Shown here: piece after piece, positions 27,980 to 37,556 of the stretch
Layout: the number at the start of each line of letters is the position of its first letter
Numbering within the stretch: position 1 is the first letter of the stretch
Source of the DNA: a bacterium
GTDB taxonomy: Bacteria; Patescibacteriota; Minisyncoccia; Minisyncoccales; GWA2-46-15
DNA: 37,556 nt
NCBI GenBank assembly: GCA_030704795.1
Contig: JAUYCZ010000021.1
Span: forward strand, 1-37,556
Direction: 5' to 3'
Position numbers and translations under genes: made by a program
Notes under the pieces: model-generated
Seen by the model: only the letters and a program-made list of their open reading frames with translations
What the model was told of the DNA's origin: nothing
Databases searched by the model: none

Positions 27980-29178
27980 GACAAGAGCTTTTTCCTTCTC
28001 AAGTAAAAGTGGTATCTTCGGGCAAAGCGGTGGGCCTCGTCTCTCAGCTGCAAAATGAGGTTAAAGACAGGCCGGGGCAGGCTTTTGAGTAGAAGCGGTT
28101 TTTTTCTGTTTTCTAAAAATAACTCATTGTGTCGTTTCGCTAAGGCTAAAACGCTGATTGACAGACGCTGATTTAAAACGAAGATGGCGGCGTTGAGTTG
28201 AGCTTTTCCGCCGTCAATCAAGATTAGGTCAGGGTATTGCCATTCAGGGTGGTTAAATCTTCGTTGGAGAATTTCTTTAATCATCGCTACGTCGTTTGGT
28301 TTACCAGAGGTTTTTATCTTAAACTTCCGGTATTGATTCCTATCGGGCAGGCCCTTGGTAAAAACAACCATCGATCCCGTGGCTTGCTGGCCCTGGAGAT
28401 TGGAAATGTCATAGGCTTCCAGGCGAAGGATGGGTTTTTTCATCTTGAGGATTCTCTGCAATTCTTCTGAGCCGGAGAGATTTTGACGATGGGCAAAAAT
28501 CTTTTCTAGGGCCCGGATCTGATCTCGCTCCCTGGCGGCTTTTTCAAAATTTTGGATTTTGGCCGCCGCCATCATTTCTTTTTTAAGATTTTTAAGGAGC
28601 TTAGCTCCTTTGCCCCGGAGGATCGTTTTTAAGTTTTTAATATTTCTGCGGTATTCTTTTGAATTAGGGTTTGGTCCCGGGCAAAGACCGAGATGGCAAT
28701 CCGGACAGAGATTTTTGGGATGAGTCTTTTTGGCGTAGTGAGGAAAGACTTGACGCAAGAGCCTCAGGGTGATTTTAAGGGCTCGGCTGTCAACAAAAGG
28801 TCCCAGATAATCCACCTCCGGCTTGGTTTGGTGGGTCAGGAGAACTCGAGGCAGTTTTTCTCTGGTTAAGCCGACAAAAAAATAGTTCTTGTCGTCTTTC
28901 CAAACAACGTTGTATTTCGGCTGGTATTTTTTAATGAGGCTGGCTTCGAGGATCAAGGCTTCGATTTCTGAAGCGGTGGATTTAGAACCAACTCTTTTAA
29001 CCTGGCCAATGAAGAAACCGTCTCGCCAATTTCGTTGCTGAAAGTGGCTTTTAACTCTCTCTCTGAGGTTGAGAGCTTTGCCGATATAGAGGGGGCGAGA
29101 CTTTTTGTCGTCAAAGCGATAAACGCCGGGCCCCAGCGGCAGATCCCCGACCCTCTTTTTGGGTAAGAAGGAAAACAT
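27976..29178 (-). CDS. uvrC: Excinuclease ABC subunit C, compact form
   Basis: GIY-YIG (PGVY..LYIGKA.NLR.RV.S), UVR (FEKAARERDQI) and RNase H-like (EAYDISN, PDLILIDGG, QLRDEAHRFA) domains. No C-terminal HhH. Confidence 0.9.
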   Translation of the reverse strand: MFSFLPKKRVGDLPLGPGVYRFDDKKSRPLYIGKALNLRERVKSHFQQRNWRDGFFIGQVKRVGSKSTASEIEALILEASLIKKYQPKYNVVWKDDKNYFFVGLTREKLPRVLLTHQTKPEVDYLGPFVDSRALKITLRLLRQVFPHYAKKTHPKNLCPDCHLGLCPGPNPNSKEYRRNIKNLKTILRGKGAKLLKNLKKEMMAAAKIQNFEKAARERDQIRALEKIFAHRQNLSGSEELQRILKMKKPILRLEAYDISNLQGQQATGSMVVFTKGLPDRNQYRKFKIKTSGKPNDVAMIKEILQRRFNHPEWQYPDLILIDGGKAQLNAAIFVLNQRLSISVLALAKRHNELFLENRKKPLLLKSLPRPVFNLILQLRDEAHRFARRYHFYLRRKKLLS

Positions 29179-29181
29179 GTT

Positions 29182-30222
29182 TCACTCTACCAGTTCGGGC
29201 TGGAAAAATTCATTCATTTTTATTTCTTTGGTGATGACTTTTTTTATCTTTTTGTTCTCAATAGTAATTTCTACAATTTCTCCTTGTGTCGTTTCTTTTG
29301 AGAAGCCCTGATCAAAGACGAAATTGCCCAGGCCGTAGAAAATGTAGCCCGAACGATATTCTTCTGATTCTTGGATGACGTGACTGTGATGATTAACGAC
29401 GATGTCGGCGCCGGCGTCAATGAAAGCCCGCGAAAAAGTGGTCTGAGAAAGAGTCGGTTCTCTGGTATATTCCTGGCCGGCGTGAAGAGAGACAATGACG
29501 ACGTCGGCCAGCTCCCGGGCCAGGGTCAGGTCGGCTTTAATTCTTTCGAGATTGTTTTCCGAAACTCGGGCAATACCGATGTCCTCGCCTTGGGCCTGCC
29601 AAGCAGAGGGGGCTTGGTCGGTGTAGGCAAAAAAAGCTATCCTAGTCCCTTTGGTGGTTTTAATAGCGGGGGCAAAGGCCTGGGCTTCTTGCCCCGCTCC
29701 GATCGGAGCCAGGCCGGCGTCAATCAAGCGATCCAGGCTGTCTTTAAGGGCGGCTTGAGTGTAATCCAGGGCGTGATTATTAGCCAGGGAAAGAACGTCA
29801 AAACCGGCAAACTTTAAACCCTCAATCGCTTTGGGGTCGGCGCGGAAGGAATAAATACTGCCCACTTTCGTGCCCCGGTCAGAAATCTGGCTTTCCAGGT
29901 TGCCGAAGACCAGGTCCGCCTTTTTCATTTCGTCCACCATCTTTAAAAAAGGAAATTTAAAATCACCCTGACCCTCCTTTTCAATCATATATTTAACCCC
30001 GCGGTCGAGCATGATGTCGCCGGCTAAAAAGAGTTTGACTGATTTTTCCGCCGGGCTTGGTTCGGGAACCGTAGTCTTAATCTCAATGGTCATTGTCCTT
30101 AAGAAGAAAAAAGTCAGAGCCAGAACCAAGACGCTCAAGGAAACACCCGAAACTATTTTAAGAACCTTGCCTCCGGCAAGAACCTTGTTTTTCGCTCTGC
30201 TCAAAATTATCAATTTGGTCAT
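29182..30222 (-). CDS. capA: CapA family (PGA_cap) metallophosphatase-fold protein
   Basis: GDIMLDRG, GNLE, LANNHALDY, SLHAGQEY, HHSHV, YGLGNFVFDQ. Confidence 0.88.
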   Translation of the reverse strand: MTKLIILSRAKNKVLAGGKVLKIVSGVSLSVLVLALTFFFLRTMTIEIKTTVPEPSPAEKSVKLFLAGDIMLDRGVKYMIEKEGQGDFKFPFLKMVDEMKKADLVFGNLESQISDRGTKVGSIYSFRADPKAIEGLKFAGFDVLSLANNHALDYTQAALKDSLDRLIDAGLAPIGAGQEAQAFAPAIKTTKGTRIAFFAYTDQAPSAWQAQGEDIGIARVSENNLERIKADLTLARELADVVIVSLHAGQEYTREPTLSQTTFSRAFIDAGADIVVNHHSHVIQESEEYRSGYIFYGLGNFVFDQGFSKETTQGEIVEITIENKKIKKVITKEIKMNEFFQPELVE

Positions 30223-30247
30223 GGTTCTTCTTTGATATTACCAGAGA

Positions 30248-30276
30248 TTGAAATCTTTCTGAAATTATGCTAGCAT
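30248..30276 (+). promoter_or_regulatory. Putative uvrA promoter
   Basis: TTGAAA 30248-30253, 17 bp spacer, TGc-TAGCAT 30271-30276. Confidence 0.5.
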
Positions 30277-30290
30277 ACTTGATTGCCATG

Positions 30291-30439
30291 CCCCGTAGGA
30301 AATCCTGGGGGTTTTCGTTGAATGGCAAGAGAGTAAAATATTTTCATCTAAAACCCCTTGATAGCTTCTAAACAATAGCTTGATGGTAATTTTTAAAAAT
30401 AATAAAATAATCACGGAAAATATTTAATTTCCTACGGGG
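30291..30439. mobile_element. MITE-like element 2 (149 bp) at the uvrA start codon
   Basis: TIRs CCCCGTAGGAAAT / ATTTCCTACGGGG, flanked by direct ATG (30288-30290 and 30440-30442). Confidence 0.82.
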
Positions 30440-33253
30440 ATGTCGGAAAATTATATTAAAATCCGGGGAGCGAGAGTCCATAACTTACAGAATATCGACG
30501 TTGATATTCCCAAAAACAAATTGGTCGTCATCACCGGTTTATCCGGCTCGGGGAAATCTTCTTTAGCCTTTGACACTCTTTATGCCGAAGGTCAAAGAAG
30601 ATATCTCGAAAGTCTTTCGGCTTACGCCCGGCAGTTTTTGGGCGTCATGCAGAAACCGGACGCGGACAAGATCGAGGGCATTTCTCCTTCCATCGCCATT
30701 GATCAGAGAAAAGCCAGTCACAATCCCCGGTCCACCGTCGGCACGATCACCGAAATCCATGATTATTTAAGGCTTCTCTTTGCCCGCGTAGGCTTGCCGC
30801 ACTGTCCCCAATGCGGCCGATTGGTCAGTCGCCAGACGATTGACCAGATTGCCTCACAGATCCGGCAGCTGCCTTCCCAGAGCGAAATCATTATTCTGGG
30901 ACCGGTCATCCGGGGCAAAAAAGGAGAACACCTCGGGGTCTTAGAGGAAATCAAGAAGGCGGGTTTCCTGCGCGTCCGGATTGACGGCATTGTTTTTCGC
31001 ATTGAAGAGGCTTTGGAGAAAACTTTGGACCGGCAGAAAAAACATCATCTCGAAGTCGTCATTGACCGCCTGGTCATTGATAAAGAGTTGGATAAATCGA
31101 GATTGGTTGACTCCTTGGAAACGGCCCTAAAACTGGGCAAAGGCATCGTGATGGTGAACGATTTGATCTTTTCGGAACATTTCGCCTGCGAAGAGTGCGG
31201 CATTTCTTTGCCCGAATTAGAGCCACGTCTCTTTTCTTTTAACTCGCCCTACGGGGCGTGTCCGGCTTGCCAAGGGTTGGGGCGGAAACTGGAAGTTGAC
31301 CCGAAATTAGTCCTGCCTAACCCGAATCTGACTTTGGGCGAAGGCGCCATTTTTCCCTGGGCTCATGCTTCGCACAAGACGGGCCGCCAGGGATTCTTTT
31401 GGTTTAGGTTGCAGAACCTTTCCGAGAAATACCAGATTCCTCTGGATGTGCCGGTCAAAGAACTTTCTGAAAACGATCTCCAGCAGATTCTTTACGGGGA
31501 CAGCCAGATCGAAGGCGTTATTCCCTGGCTGGGGAGAAGATACCACGAGACGGATTCAGATTACGCCCGGGCCGAAATTGAACAGTACATGGTGGAAAGA
31601 ATCTGTGAGGCGTGCCGCGGCCAAAGATTAAAACCCGAGGCCTTGGCCGTGACGGTGGCGAAAAAGTCTCTGGCGGATCTGGCGGAGATGCCCATTATTC
31701 AATTGCAGAAATTCTTTAAAGATCTGGGCGCTTCGACCAAGCCCGCCTCAAGACTCAAGGTGAGTGAGTTGAGAATTGCCCAGCCAATTATTAAAGAAAT
31801 TCTCAGCCGGCTGCAGTTTTTAATTGACGTGGGGCTGGATTACCTTTCTTTGAACCGTCAGGCTTCGACCTTGGCCGGGGGAGAGGAGCAGCGCATTCGC
31901 CTGGCCACTCAGCTGGGTTCTCAGTTGACCGGTGTTTTGTACATCCTGGACGAACCCTCGGTGGGCTTGCATTCCCGGGATCAGGGCCGGTTGATTGAAA
32001 GCCTCAAAAAATTGCGCGACCTGGGCAATAGCGTCATCGTCGTTGAGCACGATGCCCAGACGATTCGGGCCTCAGACTGGGTCATTGATATTGGCCCGGG
32101 CGCGGGCAAACACGGCGGCCGGGTTGTTTTTACGGGTACGCCCCGGCAGTTATTAAAAGCGCCGACCTTAACCGGAGATTATTTAGCCGGACGAAGAAAG
32201 GTTGAGGTCGGGAGTAAGGTTAAGGCTTTAGATAAGCAAAACTATTTGACGATAAAGGCTGCCCAAGAACACAATCTGAAAAAGATTGATGTTCAGATTC
32301 CTTTGGGCCGGTTCGTCTGCGTCACGGGCGTTTCCGGTTCGGGCAAATCTTCTTTGGTCAATGATGTTTTGGCCAAAGCCTGCTTGAAGAAGTTTTACCG
32401 GGCCAAAGAAGAGCCGGGCCGGCACGAAACCATTTTGGGTTCGGAGAATCTGAATAAGGTCGTTTTGGTTGATCAATTGCCGATTGGCCGGACGCCCCGG
32501 TCAAACCCGGCCACTTATACCGGCGCCTTTGCCTATATCCGTGACCTCTTTACCAAGACGCGCGAGGCCAGAGTGAGGGGTTATCGGCCCGGCCGTTTCA
32601 GCTTCAACGTCAAGGGCGGCCGCTGCGAAGCCTGCGAGGGCCAGGGCGAAATCAAGATTGAAATGTATTTTCTGCCCGATCTCTATCAGGAATGCCAGGA
32701 ATGCCACGGCCAGAGATTCAACCAGGAAACTTTGTCGATTGAATACACGCCCATAGGCCAGGCCAAGGGCAAAAACATTGCCCAGGTTTTGGAGATGACG
32801 ATCGAAGAAACCCTGCCGTTTTTTAAAAACATTCCGGGGCTTTGGCAAAAACTTCAGACCTTAAATGACGTTGGCCTGAGCTATCTCGAACTGGGACAAC
32901 CGGCTATTTCCCTATCCGGGGGAGAAGCCCAGCGCGTCAAGTTAGCCACGGAACTCTCTCGGCGAGACACGGGTAAAACCCTTTACATCCTCGACGAACC
33001 CACCACCGGCCTGCATTTTGAAGATGTCCGGAAACTGGTTGAAGTTTTGCGCCGCTTGGTGGATAAAGGGAACACCGTTCTGGTCGTCGAACACAATTTA
33101 GAATTAATTAAAAACTCAGACTGGATTATTGATCTGGGTCCGGAAGGCGGAGAAAAGGGCGGCCGAATTGTTGCTCAAGGCCCGCCCCAGGAAATCTCCA
33201 AGAGCAAAACCGGCTATACCGGTCGGTATCTCAAATTGTCGCTGGCAAAGTAA
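30440..33253 (+). CDS. uvrA: Excinuclease ABC subunit A
   Basis: Two ABC domains ([18 protein letters not shown]), zinc fingers, [20 protein letters not shown]. Confidence 0.99.
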   Translation: MSENYIKIRGARVHNLQNIDVDIPKNKLVVITGLSGSGKSSLAFDTLYAEGQRRYLESLSAYARQFLGVMQKPDADKIEGISPSIAIDQRKASHNPRSTVGTITEIHDYLRLLFARVGLPHCPQCGRLVSRQTIDQIASQIRQLPSQSEIIILGPVIRGKKGEHLGVLEEIKKAGFLRVRIDGIVFRIEEALEKTLDRQKKHHLEVVIDRLVIDKELDKSRLVDSLETALKLGKGIVMVNDLIFSEHFACEECGISLPELEPRLFSFNSPYGACPACQGLGRKLEVDPKLVLPNPNLTLGEGAIFPWAHASHKTGRQGFFWFRLQNLSEKYQIPLDVPVKELSENDLQQILYGDSQIEGVIPWLGRRYHETDSDYARAEIEQYMVERICEACRGQRLKPEALAVTVAKKSLADLAEMPIIQLQKFFKDLGASTKPASRLKVSELRIAQPIIKEILSRLQFLIDVGLDYLSLNRQASTLAGGEEQRIRLATQLGSQLTGVLYILDEPSVGLHSRDQGRLIESLKKLRDLGNSVIVVEHDAQTIRASDWVIDIGPGAGKHGGRVVFTGTPRQLLKAPTLTGDYLAGRRKVEVGSKVKALDKQNYLTIKAAQEHNLKKIDVQIPLGRFVCVTGVSGSGKSSLVNDVLAKACLKKFYRAKEEPGRHETILGSENLNKVVLVDQLPIGRTPRSNPATYTGAFAYIRDLFTKTREARVRGYRPGRFSFNVKGGRCEACEGQGEIKIEMYFLPDLYQECQECHGQRFNQETLSIEYTPIGQAKGKNIAQVLEMTIEETLPFFKNIPGLWQKLQTLNDVGLSYLELGQPAISLSGGEAQRVKLATELSRRDTGKTLYILDEPTTGLHFEDVRKLVEVLRRLVDKGNTVLVVEHNLELIKNSDWIIDLGPEGGEKGGRIVAQGPPQEISKSKTGYTGRYLKLSLAK

Positions 33254-33260
33254 TTGGCCC

Positions 33261-33280
33261 CTTGCCCCGTACAGGGCTTG
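33261..33280. repeat. Minimal 12 bp remnant of the CCCCGTA/TACGGGG family with CTTG duplication
   Basis: CTTG-CCCCGTACAGGG-CTTG. Confidence 0.5.
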
Positions 33281-33306
33281 ACAGAGAGCCAGGGCTTGCC
33301 TAGAAT
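33278..33306 (+). promoter_or_regulatory. groESL sigma70 promoter
   Basis: TTGACA 33278-33283, 17 bp spacer, TAGAAT 33301-33306. Confidence 0.8.
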
Positions 33307-33319
33307 CTAAATGACTCCA

Positions 33320-33346
33320 TTAGCAGTCAATCCGTTTAATTGCTAA
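33320..33346 (+). promoter_or_regulatory. CIRCE element (HrcA operator)
   Basis: TTAGCAGTC-N9-AATTGCTAA versus consensus TTAGCACTC-N9-GAGTGCTAA, located between the promoter and the groES ATG. Confidence 0.88.
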
Positions 33347-33357
33347 CCACACATATT

Positions 33358-35318
<1,961 letters not shown>

Positions 35319-35347
35319 AAGCAATAAATAATAAGCAATAGCTGGGG

Positions 35348-35374
35348 AGCGGCGGAGAACAGTTCTCCGCCGCT
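35348..35374 (+). terminator. Perfect 13-1-13 palindrome after groEL (terminator or stabiliser hairpin)
   Basis: AGCGGCGGAGAAC-A-GTTCTCCGCCGCT; only a weak U-tract follows. Confidence 0.55.
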
Positions 35375-35416
35375 TCGATTTGCCAAGCCGGCAGTTTTTG
35401 CTAGAATAAAGAAACT

Positions 35417-35471
35417 TTAGCCTCGCTAGGGCGAGGTAAGCAAATCTTAGCCCCGCTACTAGCGGGGTAAG
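35417..35471. repeat. Tandem pair of related hairpins upstream of lemA
   Basis: TTAG CCTCGC-TAGG-GCGAGG TAAG and TTAG CCCCGCTA-C-TAGCGGGG TAAG. Confidence 0.8.
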
Positions 35472-35527
35472 AAAAGTCGATTTAAAAATATTAATTAATT
35501 ATTTGGGTATACCAAATAATCAAGAAA

Positions 35528-36082
35528 ATGAATATTTTTTATGTTATTTTGGGGGTTCCGCTTATTATTGTCGGTTGGTTGGTTTTAACCTATAACCGCC
35601 TGGTGGCTTTAAGACAGCGAGCCAAAGAAGCCTGGTCCGACATTGAGGTTCAGCTGAAGAGAAGATATGACCTGATCCCCAACTTGGTCCAGACGGTCAA
35701 GGGCTACGCGGCCCACGAAGCCGGCGTCTTTGAAAGAGTGACTCAGGCCCGAACTCAGGCCATGGGCGCGAAAACTATGGCTGAACACGCCCAAACCGAG
35801 AACATGCTGTCTGAGACTCTGAAGAGTCTTTTTGCCGTCGCCGAAGCCTATCCCCAATTACAGGCGGCCCAGAATTTCTTGGCCTTGCAGAATGAGCTGA
35901 CCGATACCGAAGACAAAATTCAGGCGGCTCGCCGGTTCTATAACGCCAATGTCCGTGATCTAAGCATCGCCGTCCAGACCTTTCCTTCGAGCCTGATCGC
36001 CCAGGCCTTCGGTTTCAAGGTACCGGAATTCTTTGAGACGGCCAATCAAGCCGAAAAAGAACCGGTCAAAGTTCAGTTTTAA
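35528..36082 (+). CDS. lemA: LemA family protein
   Basis: N-terminal TM, YN.LV, AWSDIEVQLKRRYDLIPNLV.TVKGY..HE, AEAYPQL.A, ARRFYN. Confidence 0.96.
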   Translation: MNIFYVILGVPLIIVGWLVLTYNRLVALRQRAKEAWSDIEVQLKRRYDLIPNLVQTVKGYAAHEAGVFERVTQARTQAMGAKTMAEHAQTENMLSETLKSLFAVAEAYPQLQAAQNFLALQNELTDTEDKIQAARRFYNANVRDLSIAVQTFPSSLIAQAFGFKVPEFFETANQAEKEPVKVQF

Positions 36083-36973
36083 ATGACTATTTATACTCAA
36101 GCCTCTTCCAACGTTCGTAAAACCTGGATTCTTTTGGGTTCATTTTTGGTTTTTATCATCGGCCTGGGCTGGCTCTTCAGTTACGTTCTAGATAACCAGA
36201 TCATCCTGGTTTTTGCCACGGTCTTCAGCTTGCTGACCAGCCTCGTCAGCTATTGGTATTCGGACAAGATTGTTTTGGCGATGACCCACGCCCAAGAGAT
36301 TGACCACGCTAAAAACCCCGAACTCTATCACCGGCTGGAGAACTTATGCATTGCTGCCGGCTTGCCGCAACCCAAGTTTTACATCCTGGAGGAAGCCCAG
36401 CCCAACGCCTTTGCCACCGGTCGGGATCCTCAACACGGCGTCATTGTCGTGACGCGTGGCTTACTGGAGAAGCTGGAAAAACCCGAGCTAGAAGGCGTCC
36501 TGGCCCACGAATTGTCCCACATCGGCAACCGCGACAGCCTTTTGATGACGGTCGTCGTCATCCTGGCCGGCCTGGTTTCCAATCTGTCTAGTTTCTTTTT
36601 CCGGATGAATTGGCGAGGCAGCCGCGACGACAACAACAAGGCCGGCGCCATTCTGATGGTGGTGGCTCTGGCGGCCGCCATCCTGGCTCCCTTAGCCGCG
36701 CTCTTGATTCAGCTGGCCATTTCCCGGAAGCGGGAGTTTTTGGCCGATGCCTCGGGTTCCCTTTTAACCCGTTATCCCGAAGGCCTGGCCCGGGCCCTGG
36801 CTAAGATCAGCCTGGATCCGGCGCCCCTGAAGGTGGCCAATCCCGGCACGGCCCACCTCTACATCATTAATCCTTTAAGAGGGAAGGCGGCGGCGGGCTG
36901 GCTGGCCGGTCTCTTTTCCACCCACCCGCCGATCAACGATCGCATCAAAGCTCTGCGCGAGATGAGTATTTAA
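36083..36973 (+). CDS. htpX: HtpX-like M48 zinc metalloprotease
   Basis: PNAFATGR, HELSH (HEXXH), SRKREFLADA, STHPP...RI; lemA-htpX synteny. Confidence 0.95.
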   Translation: MTIYTQASSNVRKTWILLGSFLVFIIGLGWLFSYVLDNQIILVFATVFSLLTSLVSYWYSDKIVLAMTHAQEIDHAKNPELYHRLENLCIAAGLPQPKFYILEEAQPNAFATGRDPQHGVIVVTRGLLEKLEKPELEGVLAHELSHIGNRDSLLMTVVVILAGLVSNLSSFFFRMNWRGSRDDNNKAGAILMVVALAAAILAPLAALLIQLAISRKREFLADASGSLLTRYPEGLARALAKISLDPAPLKVANPGTAHLYIINPLRGKAAAGWLAGLFSTHPPINDRIKALREMSI

Positions 36974-36995
36974 ACCTTTAAATATCTCTAGATAT

Positions 36996-37436
36996 ATGAA
37001 ACAACCTTTAATTCGCACCATTTATCTTTATCTTTTTACTTTAATCGGACTGGTTTTAATTACTATTGGTTCAGTTAATTTGATAAACTTGGGATTAAAA
37101 AGATTTATCTTTACCAAAGCAGACCAGGAATTAAACTATAATCTCAAGCCGTCTTTTCCGATGACGATCGATGGCAGAGCAGCAACCGAGGAAGACTTTA
37201 TTTCGGCAGTAGAAAAATGCCAGGAAAAGTGCGATTTAACTTCAGAGCAAAAGCAACAGATTGCCAGCTGGCTGAAAGATTACAAAATTTGGCAGGAGCA
37301 AGAAAAACAATTTGATTATCTGGCTCAGCAAAGACAAAGAGAGTTTTCTTTGGCTTTGGCTTTGATTATTGTTGGTTTGCCGCTTTACCTTTATCACTGG
37401 TCAACCATCAAGAGAGAAACCAAAGACGAAGCCTAG
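36996..37436 (+). CDS. Two-TM membrane protein, DUF5671-like
   Basis: IRTIYLYLF.LIGL ... ALALIIVGLPLYLYHW pattern. Family recalled from memory, not searched. Confidence 0.65.
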   Translation: MKQPLIRTIYLYLFTLIGLVLITIGSVNLINLGLKRFIFTKADQELNYNLKPSFPMTIDGRAATEEDFISAVEKCQEKCDLTSEQKQQIASWLKDYKIWQEQEKQFDYLAQQRQREFSLALALIIVGLPLYLYHWSTIKRETKDEA

Positions 37437-37446
37437 GCTTTCGGGA

Positions 37447-37469
37447 ATTAAGGAGCTAAGCTCCTTAAT
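37447..37469. repeat. Perfect 11-1-11 palindrome immediately upstream of tRNA-Ser
   Basis: ATTAAGGAGCT-A-AGCTCCTTAAT. Confidence 0.85.
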
Positions 37470-37471
37470 AA

Positions 37472-37555
37472 GGAGGAGTCGCATAGCGGCCATTGCAACG
37501 GCTTGGAAAGCCGTGATCCGAAAGGGTCTCGTGGGTTCGAGTCCCACCTCCTCCG
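37472..37555 (+). tRNA. tRNA-Ser(GGA)
   Basis: Acceptor GGAGGAG/CTCCTCC, anticodon arm ACGGC-TTGGAAA-GCCGT, long variable arm GATCC-GAAA-GGGTC, T arm GTGGG-TTCGAGT-CCCAC, discriminator G. Confidence 0.95.
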
Positions 37556-37556
37556 C

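Overview
Bacterial chromosomal window that looks like Patescibacteria (CPR, Parcubacteria-like). This assignment is an inference from the compact rpoB/rpoC, short UvrC, cupin PGI, peptidoglycan-binding SBP, ligase-TPR proteins and scarce Shine-Dalgarno sites. Most of it is housekeeping: comM/yifB, yraN, two O-antigen-ligase/TPR paralogues, rpoB-rpoC-ftsK-recA, rpsF-ssb-rpsR, PMM/PGM, trpS, rnj, tRNA-Leu(CAG), cupin PGI, peptide SBP, secG, holin-like protein, uvrC, capA, uvrA, CIRCE-controlled groES-groEL, lemA-htpX, a DUF5671-like gene and tRNA-Ser(GGA). The most unusual signal is non-coding. (1) Four copies, plus one possible degenerate copy, of a 35-48 bp two-hairpin scaffold TATAG-CG[hairpin]CG-ATATAT-CG[hairpin]CG-CTATA have variable but covarying arms. 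They occur only upstream of accessory genes: a small island before rpoB, and a low-GC, repeat-rich HNH endonuclease gene inserted between ssb and rpsR. (2) A CCCCGTA...TACGGGG MITE-like family (149, 110 and 12 bp versions) has 3-4 bp target duplications in a -10 box, at the uvrA start codon and at a -35 box. (3) Palindromes and short tandem repeats appear to be inserted in frame in rpoB, rpoC and a TPR gene. No transposase or integrase is visible in the window. All calls come from reading the sequence by eye; no searches were run.
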